From the NCBI RefSeq assembly GCF_006345805.1, contig NC_043002.1:82398001-82462000 (forward strand): a stretch of 64,000 nt of DNA, written 5' to 3'. The notes under the pieces were generated by a model that was given only the letters and a program-made list of their open reading frames with translations, was not told the origin of the DNA and did not search any database. The translations under genes were made by a program, and so were the position numbers. Origin of the DNA: Octopus sinensis. Its lineage: Eukaryota. Positions 11,716-22,991 of this stretch are shown piece after piece. Every line of letters begins with the position of its first letter. The first letter of the stretch is position 1.

Positions 11716-12294
11716 TACAAACCCAGTGAGCATATATTTCCTATTTCAGAGAAATTCAAACAATAGATATAGGATCCAAGTTAAAAAGATTCTCAACAAT
11801 TCAACTTCTCTGGTTGACATTAAGATACCCACCCTCAATAGGGGCCTCAACTCTCACATTTTAAAGTTCCATGACCTCCATTTATCAGGAGAAAAATCCT
11901 TTTAACAGGTTCTATAAGACTGAAATTTTAGAATATGCGCATAAAAATCAGTAGTATGGGATACATGTGGTATGATTACAATTTCTTTAGGGGGTGTAAA
12001 GAAGGAAATAACCCTCATCTGCAATTTTCATGAAATTTGAAACATAGGTATTCCAGTTCATTACAGAAAATATAACAGAAAAGTTTAATTCTTCAATTAC
12101 ATATAACAAGGGCAACTCTGCTAGTACACATATATATATATATATTAAAGTAATCAAGTTAATGTCAGATTATTAACTGATCAATGGTTCTGCATACACA
12201 AAGCCTTTGTAGATGCAAAACATTTGGTCACTCTATGACTGGACATCAACTCAATAACTTCAATACACACACACACACACAAACATGTATAAAA

Positions 12295-12421
12295 AGCACC
12301 AACCGATCATGGCCATTGCCAGCCTCACCTGGACCTGGTACAGCCTTCTGGGTTCCCAGACCCATGTCGAACTGTCCAACCCATGCTAGCATGGAAAACG
12401 GACGTTAAACGATGATGATGA

Positions 12422-12425
<4 letters not shown>
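12295..12425 (+). mobile_element. RTE LINE 3' tail fragment; similar remnants near 32.1, 33.5-33.8, 35.46, 37.9-38.3, 41.1, 41.4, 43.0-43.25 and 48.8 kb
   Basis: ccatgctagcatggaaaacggacgttaaacgatgatgat, the same end as the LINEs at 2.8 and 56.9 kb. Confidence 0.85.
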
Positions 12426-12470
<45 letters not shown>

Positions 12471-13375
12471 AACATACATATACATAAATTTTAGTTTCAA
12501 TAGGTAGATGTGTGACATACTTCTGATGACACCCACACACACATATAACTGTATTCCTAACCTCTTGACACCTTCCCCATATCATCTCTTACTTTGTGAG
12601 GGTTTTTTCCTTGCATCTTGTCACCAACATCTTATTTTTATTCCTGATACTCCCACCCACTCTTAGGTAAAAGTATGTTAACTATGTATCTTCTCTATAG
12701 CAAAACATTTCTTCTTTCGTGCAAAATCACATTTCAGGCCTTTTAAACTCTCTCCTCCCACTTAGCGAAGGGAACTGCTTTTTTTGTCTTATTTTTTCAT
12801 ATCTTACAAGTTACTTGGCAACCCGTCACTAGTGCTGGTAGTAAGAAACAAGCACCCAGTGCACACTGCGAAGTTGTTAGCGCTAGGAAGGGTATCCAGC
12901 TGTGGAAACTATACCAAAGTTGACATGTATTGATGAGGAATATGAGGGAGGGAAGGAGAAAGCAGGAGGAAAGACGAATGGATTGGACGTGTACGTACAT
13001 AGATAAATGAACACGCACATTCTTAAGTACAGACAAACACGAGTGTATCACTTCTAATTAAACTGCGACCATGCCGAAGTATCAGCTCGTAGGTTCCGTT
13101 CAGCAATGCAACACCAGAACTTAGTTTTCATTTGGTAGTTATAGTGTTGGAGTCTTTTGATGCAGGAATGTAAACAAACTAACAATGGTTTTCGAACACT
13201 TATGGGAGAAACACACACGCGTCTACATCTCACCTCCCTCCATCATCACTGTCTGACAAGTTGTGTTGGTTTCTTTCCGTACCTGACGTAGGTTCGGTAA
13301 CAGGATAGCGTAAAAGAAGCAACAGACATGAAAAGAAGCAGCCAGTTACTAGTTTTCTATATTTTGCCATCATAA

Positions 13376-13605
13376 AGACGGCGAGCTGGCAGAAACGTGA
13401 GCACGCCGGGTAAAATGCGTAGCCGTATTTCGTCTGCCGTTACCTTCTGAGTTCAAATTCCGCCGAGGTGGACTTTGCCTTTCATCCTTTCAGGGTCGAT
13501 AAATTATGTACCAGTTACGCACTGAGGTCAGTATAATCGACTTACTCCGTTTGTCTGTCCTAGTTTGTCCCCTGTGTGTTTAGCTCCTTGTGGGTAGTAA
13601 AGAGA
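13376..13605 (+). mobile_element. Second SINE family; copies also near 26.75, 28.24 and 56.65 kb
   Basis: ggcgagctggcagaa…ttctgagttcaaattccgccgaggt…tgtgggtagtaaaga recurs in the window. Confidence 0.75.
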
Positions 13606-13759
13606 TATATATTTTGCCATCATTCGGATTTTTTTTTATTACAATTCACATTTTCAGAAAGTAATTATAGCAATAAAAATCATAAAATTTACCACTTGTG
13701 TTTTAGCAACAGACAATTGTGGAATAATATAAGGTTTACAACGGTTGGATATTTAGTTC

Positions 13760-13883
13760 GTTTCGTTGATTTTCCGTGTCGCTTTTCTGAAGTGTCCTTA
13801 ACTTATATTTCCCGCTAAATCCACTCCTTCGGTTGATTAACGTTAATTCACATTAAACTGGATTTATTTGATACGAGGTAAGA
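13760..13883 (+). promoter_or_regulatory. Putative non-coding first exon and donor of ZNF1 (paralogous copy at about 9230-9336)
   Basis: Donor GAG|GTAAGA at 13878, paralog CAG|GTAAGA at 9331. The downstream intronic sequence 13901-14200 is duplicated at 9612-9915. Acceptor tttcag|aatat at 15203/15204. Confidence 0.45.
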
Positions 13884-15532
13884 TATAACACATTTTTTTA
13901 ATAAAAGCCAATGAACCCGGCTACTTGACTGAAAGTTTTAAATATTGCTAGTATGACATCGATATAAATTCTGTACTCCGGTAAACTTCTTTAATTAGGC
14001 GAATAAAATCTAAAGTGTATTTTATTTGGTATTGCCACGAAAAAGCACCAAATTTTCATTTCTTTTATTACAGTAAATATTCCATTTGCTAATTGTCCCC
14101 ATCCAAAGCCGTTTATTGTTTTATCATAAAATTATCACTTGCTACATATATCTGTTTGCTGTTTTTTCTAACAAAATGACCCACATTAATAGTTTAAATT
14201 TTAATGATGGTGGTTATTTAGTGAATATGTCATGGAGCCATTGAGTAGATGGTAGCCACGTTAGAGGGAGTGTGAGGAAAATATATTTCCCAGTCACTGA
14301 TAAAATGTTAGAATATAACAATGGTAGGAAATTTTCAACAGAACTGAACAGCAGAAGGTCTTCAGAGACAAAACCCCACTGAGGCAAGTGTTTTGCTCCC
14401 TAACTTGTTACATTCTATCAACTATTTCTAAGTTAGCACTCGCTCTCCACTCCACATTTGACGGCATCTACTTTCTTGTATTTATTGCACATGTACATCT
14501 ACTATTTTTCATTTTGACGTTCCTCTAATATTGCTGCACATCTTATGTATCCATAACTTGCACTGGCTACACCTTATGGAGTTTCTGCACATTCCTTTTC
14601 CATATCTCAAGCAGGGCCATTTCCCTGTAGGATTTGTCTGCTTACTAACTTACTAAAGGCCCACTAATTGCAGATCCTGCTTACACACCTGAAATGTCTT
14701 TTCTTTTGCTGGTATTGATTCAGCTGTAAGATGATCAGCACAGAGGATCTCACAGGGTCAGCCCAGTATATGTGTGTGTGTGTGTCTGTATTGTTGTTAG
14801 TGACTAAATTATAGTGATGTTTATGTTTGGTCTGTTCTAAAAGTCTTGACACTCGTGAACACTAATTTCCTAAATAGATCTGCTCAGTCAGGTTTGACCT
14901 GGGGCTAAACAACATTGACTCATCATGTTTCCTAAGACAGTACAACGTTATTGTCCAGTATTTTGTAGCTTAGCATTTTACATAATATCTGAAGGTGGAC
15001 GAGCTGAAGGCCGTGCATATGTGGACATTACACAAGGTTGTATAATATAATTTTAATGATAAAATAAATTTTAAAGACTAATTATTAGGGTAAAAGTTTA
15101 TATCCACAGTTTATCACTATGAAAATGTAGTTATATTTTCTATTGTTGAATCTCTGCTTTTTATGTCTTTCCTATATCTTCTACTGTTTCTGTATCATTT
15201 CAGAATATGAGATGTTAGTGGTATAAAGGAGTTTTTACATCAGATACATCATGAATATTGATCATCATTTGAAGACTAATGGAAGATATTATAAATAATA
15301 TATATAACCCTGTTTCTATAACAAATCTCTGGTAAATAACTGAAATGTTTCTTCTGAATTAATAGCAACATTTGCTTTCCTCCATTGCCAGGAATATATA
15401 CTTGGAAAAATCTGTAAAGGTGTTTGCATTACCTTCAGATATTCACGAAGATTAGATTTGCTCTAATTATAGCTGTAGAACTTTTTGTATCAACAGAGAA
15501 ATATATAAAGAAGAAAGAAAAACTGAACAATA

Positions 15533-16339
15533 ATGAATCCTCAAGAGGTGACAAAAGAAAGTGAAAAATTATCATACCAATGTGATATCTGTAAAAAGTT
15601 TCTATCTAGTAAGGGAAATCTCACTATTCACAAACGTATTCATGCAGGAGGAAAGCAATATCACTGTGATATCTGTGGAAAGCCTTTTATGGTGAAAAGT
15701 AACCTTACCAGACACAAATACATTCATAGTGAAGAGAAACCATATTTTTGTGATATCTGTGGTAAATCATTCACTCAAAAAGATAGCCTTACTTATCACA
15801 AATCTATTCATACAGGAGAGAAACCATATCACTGCAATATCTGTGGTAAATCCTTTGCAGTAAGAGGTAAATTAAATTCTCATGAACTTACCCATACTAA
15901 TGAGAGGCCACATCAGTGTGATATTTGTGGTAAATCTTTCTCTCATAAGAGTGGCCTTACTTATCACAAATCCCTTCATACAGGAGAGAAACCATATCAC
16001 TGCGATATCTGTGGTAAATCCTTCATAATAAGAAGTAATTTAACTTCTCATGAACTTACGCATACTAATGAGAGGCCACATCAGTGTGATATTTGTGGCA
16101 AATCATTCTCTCAAAAAAGTAACCTTACCACTCACAAAGCGATTCATACAGGAGAGAAACCATATCACTGCGATATCTGTGGTAAATCCTTTGTACAAAG
16201 ACAGCATTTGACTACTCATGAATTTACCCATAATAATGAGAGGCCATATCAGTGTGATATTTGTGGCAAATCATTCTCTCAAAAATGTCACTTTACTCAT
16301 CACAAATACACTCACACAAGAGAGAAACCATATAACTGA
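15533..16339 (+). CDS. C2H2 zinc-finger protein (ZNF1), 9 intact fingers, 268 aa
   Basis: Nine CxxC-x12-HxxxH units with TGEKPYH and TNERPHQ linkers. A 10th finger is lost through a 2-nt deletion (aac-tga-tatttgtggt). Confidence 0.93.
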   Translation: MNPQEVTKESEKLSYQCDICKKFLSSKGNLTIHKRIHAGGKQYHCDICGKPFMVKSNLTRHKYIHSEEKPYFCDICGKSFTQKDSLTYHKSIHTGEKPYHCNICGKSFAVRGKLNSHELTHTNERPHQCDICGKSFSHKSGLTYHKSLHTGEKPYHCDICGKSFIIRSNLTSHELTHTNERPHQCDICGKSFSQKSNLTTHKAIHTGEKPYHCDICGKSFVQRQHLTTHEFTHNNERPYQCDICGKSFSQKCHFTHHKYTHTREKPYN

Positions 16340-16361
16340 TATTTGTGGTAAATCATTCTCT

Positions 16362-17144
16362 CATTTGATCTGACCCTGGACCTGGAATCAAGTACATATA
16401 CGTCCTTTTGGAAACGAAATGAGAAGTCGTCTTACATTAACACAGCTCCCTATCATCAAGCCACAGTGTTCAGGAACCTGATTAAGGGTGTCAGCAGGAG
16501 AAACTCCAGAGCAAAGAGAAATTTGATGCTACCGCCCAGTACTACAACCAGGCTCTTGCTGCTCGCGGTTTCAAGGATAAGTCAGAGCCTAGCTCCCCAC
16601 CACAAGAGAAAGCGCAACTGAAAAGTAATGGTTCACACTAGGTAAAATGTTCCTTAGTTTAGTTTCGTCTGTAGCAATGGATTCAACAAAATATGCAAAA
16701 GACATACAGAGATTATGCTTTAGCTATGCACTTAGTGTAAAAAAGATTTTAGTAGGTAGGCCCAGCTCCAAGGCTGAGACAGGATGCTCATACAGGTGTA
16801 ACACAACTTGTCCACTACACAGCCACTGCAATATGGAAACTGTTGTTTACCAGGTAGAAGTAACAGCACAAGGAGCAAATGGACAACCAAGTGTGCAGAA
16901 ATATGTGGGGTCAATGTCAGACCTCGTGAGAATCCACTTTAATAACCACACGTCCTTATACACCATCTCAGAGAGATGTAATGCCATAACCGCAGGCAAG
17001 TACGTCTGGGCTTTGAAAGAAGGCACCATAGAGTACTGCATAAAGTGGGTGACCTTAGAAAGATGCAAGCTATACATTAATAGCAGCAAGTGCAGATTAT
17101 GCTTCTTTGAGAAGAGATCAATTTCAAAAGGTACCCAAAGGTAA
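16362..17144 (+). pseudogene. Degenerate Penelope-like element of a third family (C-terminal region and GIY-YIG)
   Basis: CPLHSHCNMETVVYQVEV…QKYVGS…HFNNHTS…KYVWALKE…IKW…CRLCFFEK fits the PLE GIY-YIG C-terminus. It starts abruptly inside the relic 10th finger of ZNF1. Confidence 0.8.
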
Positions 17145-18244
17145 CCTACCTCTGCGCCTCACCATCAAATAGGGTTTTGACCAAACCACATACCAATGCA
17201 TCCATGTACACATATTGACATCCCTAAAATGTGGATACCCTAGAAAATAAACTCTCCCCCACAGACATAACCATTCACACATATTGTACCCCCACATATA
17301 CACAAATTACAGCAATTGTGTTACTTTTTATTGAGCAAATTAATTTTTTACATTTTTCCTCATTTGCATCAACTCACTAATTATGATGTGAATCTTTCAT
17401 TCAAATATTGTTGATTTAAATTTATTTGTTCTGTTTCCATGTAGATATGTCATTATGACACTAATGTATGACATTCCAGACTGGGTGTTTCCTACTGGAC
17501 ATGCTTAGGTATCCCAGCACCTGCATCCTTTGTTGCTACGGCTCCACACCTCCAAGAACAATCTGGAGGCTTATTACTGTGTTGGATGGAGGTTGCAATA
17601 TACTTTTCAAAAGCCTTTCCCCTACCATGCTTATCATCCAAACGTGTCCTGTATGAACCCGTGCAGTTAATGATACTGCATGCTTCTTTTTTGTAAATTC
17701 CTGAAATTTGATCTCATTAATTTTGATGAATAAATTTAATAAACTGAAAGGAAAATAAAGTTGTTTTACTCTTCAATTATTTTTCTCTCATTTTATATGC
17801 AGACCATCCAAACAAATCTTGTGCTGGGGACACAAAGATAAACTATAGAATTTACACCGTTGATCAATGTATGAGAACTGTAACGTTTCTCCAAACTGAT
17901 TTACAATAAATGTTTATTTTGAAGCTATTTAATTTGTTGATCTTATTTAATATACAAAACACAAGGTATTAGCTGTTAAGATGCAGTGATGAGAGATAAA
18001 CGAATGGATGAGTTTGTATATTAAATGATAATGATGGTGGTTATCTAGTGAAGATATAATGTTAAAACATAACAATGGTAGGAAATTCTTAAGAGTGCTG
18101 AACAGTAGAAGGTGTTCAGAGATGAAAGCCAGCTGAGGCAAGTATTTTGGCCTCTAACTTGTTACATTCTATCAACTACTTCGTTAACCACTCCCCATCA
18201 CATTTGACATCTACATTCTGTATATTTCTAGTATTTATTCTAGA

Positions 18245-18395
18245 CTAGCAGTATTACCCAGCCTTGCCCAGGATTAAGTTACGATTATTAAGCTAATCAA
18301 GTTCTTTATTTTAAATCAAACTAAGTAATATCGACGTCAAATTTGGGCGAAATCCGTTGAAGCTGGTTATATTATATATATATATGAAATAGATA
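18245..18395 (-). mobile_element. Short non-autonomous Helitron-like element
   Basis: The minus-strand 3' end is CTAG|T preceded by a GC-rich stem-like segment (plus strand: a-ctagcagtattacccagccttgcccagg). The other end merges into (TA)n. Confidence 0.45.
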
Positions 18396-18419
18396 TATAT
18401 ATATATATAACATAATTTA

Positions 18420-19630
18420 TTACACACGTGAGTGAGAACACTTTGAGATATTTTTGGTATCTAACATATGTCAGATACAACGAGCGCTGCTTCTGATTGG
18501 TCAATCCATAGTGATGACCCGAGGTCACGGTGACGGCACTACTTTTGACATTCATAAGTTACAACTAAACTTCATTCATTACTTTCACAAGCAGGTAGAA
18601 TGTAGCCATGTAATTAAACAAACATACTATCTTTTTTATACCAAATATCACTTAAAGTCATATACACATAAAATATAAACATTTCTGGTGGTAATTCAAT
18701 TTTTTGTTGCCAAAAAAATCACAACATATTTCGTCTGCTCATCGATACTCTTGCAGTGCAGGTAGATCTATCAACAAGATGGCTACTGTTGTCGATATCA
18801 AGGTGAATAATTTTGTTAAGATTGATGGTAAAGATGGGGGAAGAGTGTTATCCGTTGTTCAACCTCTTGGAACATACAGAATGTTCAAAGTGAAGATCAA
18901 TACTGGCCAAGTTCGACATATTGCTGGATACAGGTTAACAAAGGTACCTGAAACAGTGTTATCGACGAGTGGATTGTCATCGAACCCTAGATCTAACATC
19001 CCTGATGAGGTGTGGACATCATAATGTGCAAAGCATCAATAGTTACAGCAATATTTCCATGGATCGTCATCGTGCCATCAGTAACCTCCTTAGTAGCAAC
19101 AACGACCAGACTGGTTCGCTTGTACTTCCGTCACACTCAGCAGCAGCGAGTGCAAGTGATCTCCCCTCCACTGTCAATGTTATGTTGAGTCAATCTCGGA
19201 CCGCTGTCACTTGCTTTGGTTCAGTGCACTCCATTTTCTTGGCTCCAATATATGGGGGAACAATCAATGTGAACTTCTTTGGTTCAGATGCAAAGCGACC
19301 TCGTCTCACAGATAATGAGGACTGTTAAGTTTTACTGGACTGCATGGACTGTTGTGCTCTACTCTGACTGACATTGCTACTCGAAAACAGGTTTGAGTAT
19401 TATTGAAGATTCAATCTGTGTTATGTATTTCTTGAATGTTAACAAAATGTTAAACAGTCATCAGTTATCAGTCATTTCACCTGAAAACTTAGCGCTATAA
19501 AGTCGGACTATCTTCCTGCGGCATGACATCTTTTACAGTTACACATTGTGACGTCACGTGAAATCAAGCTGTATTCATGTGCACTTGAACACGATGTGAA
19601 GAATTTAGTTATTGGGTTAATAAAATATGG
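18420..19630 (+). mobile_element. Internally deleted Crypton-like (tyrosine-recombinase) element
   Basis: The ORFs at 18779-19024 and 18969-19328 together give SNIP…GHHNVQSINSYSNISMDRHRAISNLLS, which resembles the Crypton/DUF3504 C-terminal GH…SY catalytic motif. A terminal IFLAPIYGGTINVNF motif follows. The central recombinase domain is absent. Boundaries are approximate. Confidence 0.55.
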
Positions 19631-21064
19631 TCGTTTATTCGTGTGTAATAAATAAAATACCAAACTCATTCCCTATGGATACCGTATTTATTACAACTCG
19701 TGGCTTGTAAATGTATCTAACTCGCTTTCGCTCATTAGATACGTTTACAAGACACTCGTAATAAATACAGTATCCATAGGGAACTCGTTTGGTATTCTCT
19801 ATATAAATTAAATTACAGATAAAACCACTATTATGCAAATCAAATAGTGAAAAACTTAAACTAAAACATAAAAATAATTAATATAATATACAAAATATTT
19901 AAAATTTTTTATTTATATTTATAAATTTTTATATTTTTTAATGTTACAGTAATGTAATACTATTTATTGTTTTCTATTGGGAAATAGATTATTTTTATTT
20001 GGCTTTTTTGAGTAGGGGTGAATATAATGATTAAAATGTCACTTATAACTTAAGTGTTATCATTATACACAAATCTGAACTACAGTATATAATGCCATAG
20101 AGAAATATACTCATGAAACGCTATGAATATTAACGACGTATGTATAATATTTTCTTCGTGTTCATTTAACCGCTATAAAAATATAATTTAATGATTACAA
20201 AAATGCATATTTATTTATACTCAGTTGAAAAAAACGTGAAGAGAAACATTATCTTAATTTTATATTATTTACATTAGGAAGGAAAGACAATTTTCGTCGT
20301 GTAGAAGAACAACTATATATCCATTAACTAATTCGTAAATCTAACTAATACATTAATCAACAAATCAAAATAGACTTGGGATTATCTTTGGACATGGCAT
20401 AAAATCACCAATGTCTCAAAGGAGTGAGTGTCGTGGAGTTCAGTTACGTCCAACAAAACACTAAAGTTTTTCCCAAAATCCAGGGTTTTTATAACTGCTC
20501 AACTTGACTTAAAAGAATCGAAATCCATTACAAATATCCTTTACGTAACTTTTTAGAATCTTTATATGAGCAGTTATATTAACCAATGGAAAAAACGAAA
20601 ACAATAATTCTTCGGCAATATGACATTACGTCATATTGCCAATTTGCGCTGTATTTCAAAATGCTATTGCTATAATATATATATATCTAAAGGACAATGG
20701 CCATGAATGACCATGGGATTGCATCAAGAAACTTATCTGAGACATGTCCAGCTAAGGTTCTTTTTTTGGAAGCCCAGCAGTCACCTATGCATACCAGTCT
20801 CCCCTTTCCAAGCCACCAATGTTATCCAAGTGAAAGACAAAGGCTGAAGCAGCTTGGCACCAGTGATGTTGCAACTCATTTCTGGAGGTGAATGAACTGA
20901 AGCAACATGAAATAAAGTGTCTTGCTCAAGAACACAACACACAACCTGATCCAGGAATCATAACCACTACATGATTGTGAACACAACAATCTAACCACTG
21001 AACCATGTCCATATGTATCTCTCTCTCTATATATATATATTTAACTTCACTTTGTTATATATAA

Positions 21065-21174
21065 TTTTTTTAAAAACAAAGTAAATAAAACACAAAGTAA
21101 GGATCGACTAATTACGACTAGCTGGCGTGGATGCGCAAGTGCGCACACTGGGACCACTCTTCTTAAGTAGTACC
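21065..21174. mobile_element. Right half of a GGTACTAC-terminated MITE (copy X)
   Basis: Ends in ggaccactcttcttaagtagtacc and is followed by TAAAACCCC (21175-21183). Confidence 0.75.
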
Positions 21175-21238
21175 TAAAACCCCTTGAATGAGCACCACCG
21201 GTCGTTACCTGTAATAAAACTTATAGTGAGGGGTTAGG

Positions 21239-21647
21239 GGATCTTTTCGGTTTGAATGGCAGTTTTTTCTAGTGGTGTCATATGAAATTGTCACCCATAA
21301 TTATGACCCTAGTATCGATCTATTGCATTTCAATCTGTTTTAGGGTTAGGGTTTGGGGGAAGGGTATCTTTTTTTTCTTCAGAAATGTAAATAAACCCAA
21401 TCTGTTTCTTAAACGAGGGACATATTCATACGGTACAGTATGTTTTCACCTCAATAGACGTCATTGATTGGTTGAAATCGCAGAAATTGAAGGGAAAAAA
21501 CCCTCAAATATCTTACTATAGAATTTTCTCAAGAAAGTCAAGAGAAGAAGATGCTTTATAATCACATTCTACCAGTATAGGAAGTTTAAAAGTGTTTAGT
21601 TACGTGGAAATTATTTTTAAAAACTGCCAGTCAAACCGAAAAGATCC
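21239..21647. mobile_element. MITE with GGATCTTTTCGGTTTGA TIRs and a 9-bp TSD
   Basis: TIRs are present at both ends and GGGGTTAGG flanks both sides (21230-21238 and 21648-21656). Related copies lie at 49681-50089, 45422-46132 and 51130-51190. Confidence 0.9.
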
Positions 21648-21901
21648 GGGGTTAGGGTTAGGGAAGCTATATTCGGTGCACAAAGCAGAGGGAAATAGGA
21701 AGGGTGATCGCGATCAGTACTTCAAATAATGTATCAGTGGATGGAATGCTGCGTCACGTGTTGGATACTCGAAGGGAAATTAGCTCTTCCTATGATGACG
21801 GGGAGGGAGAGGCCGGCCACATTACCCTACGGACATCTGAAACAGAACGTTGACCCCTGACCCAACTGAAAGTGGGGTTACGAAATGGAGTAGAGGAGCA
21901 G

Positions 21902-22051
21902 GGTACTACTTAATAAGAGTGGTCCCGGTGCGTGTACTCGCGCTGGCTAGTCAATCCTATAACAGCTACCTAGCAAAGTAAATAATTTTTTTACACAAAA
22001 TAACTTTGGTATAAGTACCGGAAGTACCGAATACATTTCAAGATAGTGTTT

Positions 22052-22110
<59 letters not shown>

Positions 22111-22331
22111 GGAGGGGATTTTAGGGATGAGAAAAGGGTTTCTGTTACTTTCAGAAATGTAAGCAACGCCACGTGTGTACTTATACCGAAGGATCGCCAA
22201 TTTTTTTAAAGCAAAGTAAATAAAACACAAAAACACACAGTAAATGATTTTTTTTTAACAAAGTAAATAAAACACAAAGGATCGACTAGGCACGAGTGCG
22301 CGTACCGAGACCACTCTTCTTAAGTAGTACC
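21902..22331. mobile_element. GGTACTAC-terminated MITE (copy Y) with 9-bp TSD GAGGAGCAG
   Basis: TIRs GGTACTACTTAA…TTAAGTAGTACC. GAGGAGCAG at 21893-21901 and 22332-22340. Confidence 0.92.
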
Positions 22332-22340
22332 GAGGAGCAG

Positions 22341-22772
22341 TTATCGTGAAATCCGGGTGGAGTAAAGGGGAAGGAAAATGACCGGAAAGGAGAGGAAGTG
22401 ACCTCAGGAATCAACAGAAAGGGCCACGAAAATGACGTCACGTCAGGAAGAGACAGGTTAAAGACGACATCTTCCATCCAGGATCAGCAACGCAGTTAAT
22501 TCGTGTGCTGGAAACGTTTGCAGAGTAGAATATGAGTCGACTTTGTTAAAATAATATGGAGAAAATTTGAAAAGAGTTGAAGGGAAATTGTTGACAGAAA
22601 AGAACAAAGGAAAACCCTGGAACAAATCGCCATCTATTGGGGAATTAAAGAAAGACAATCATATCAAGGGAAATAACTTCTACAACACCTCAACCTCGGT
22701 TCTTTTCAATTATTAATTAAGGTGCTTAATTACTGATCACTGACTCGCAGTTTATATCCGAATACGGTAAGT
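22341..22772 (+). promoter_or_regulatory. Putative promoter and non-coding exon 1 of ZNF unit A
   Basis: CpG-containing segment with TGACGTCA (CRE-like) and CCGGAA/GGAAGT (ETS-like) motifs and a donor ACG|GTAAGT at 22767. Near-identical at 62831-63262; the exon part is also homologous to about 50100-50336. Confidence 0.55.
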
Positions 22773-22991
22773 TGACAAAGATTTACTTTAAGGCTGTAAT
22801 AGTGATATGTGAATATGTTATCCTGTTGTTTATGAGGCATTGATAAAACGGTAATGTTATATTAATAATAGTAATGATGATGATGATTTCAAAACTGACC
22901 CAGGGTCAGCAATCTTTAATACGAGCGATAAGTCGATTGCATGGGTCCCGGTTTTTTCCCGAAAGAGATGAAAGACAAAGTCGATCTCATA

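Noticed and set aside
21648-21663. TTAGGG run suggesting an interstitial telomere
   Set aside because: Only about 2.5 units, and partly created by the 9-bp TSD of the adjacent MITE.
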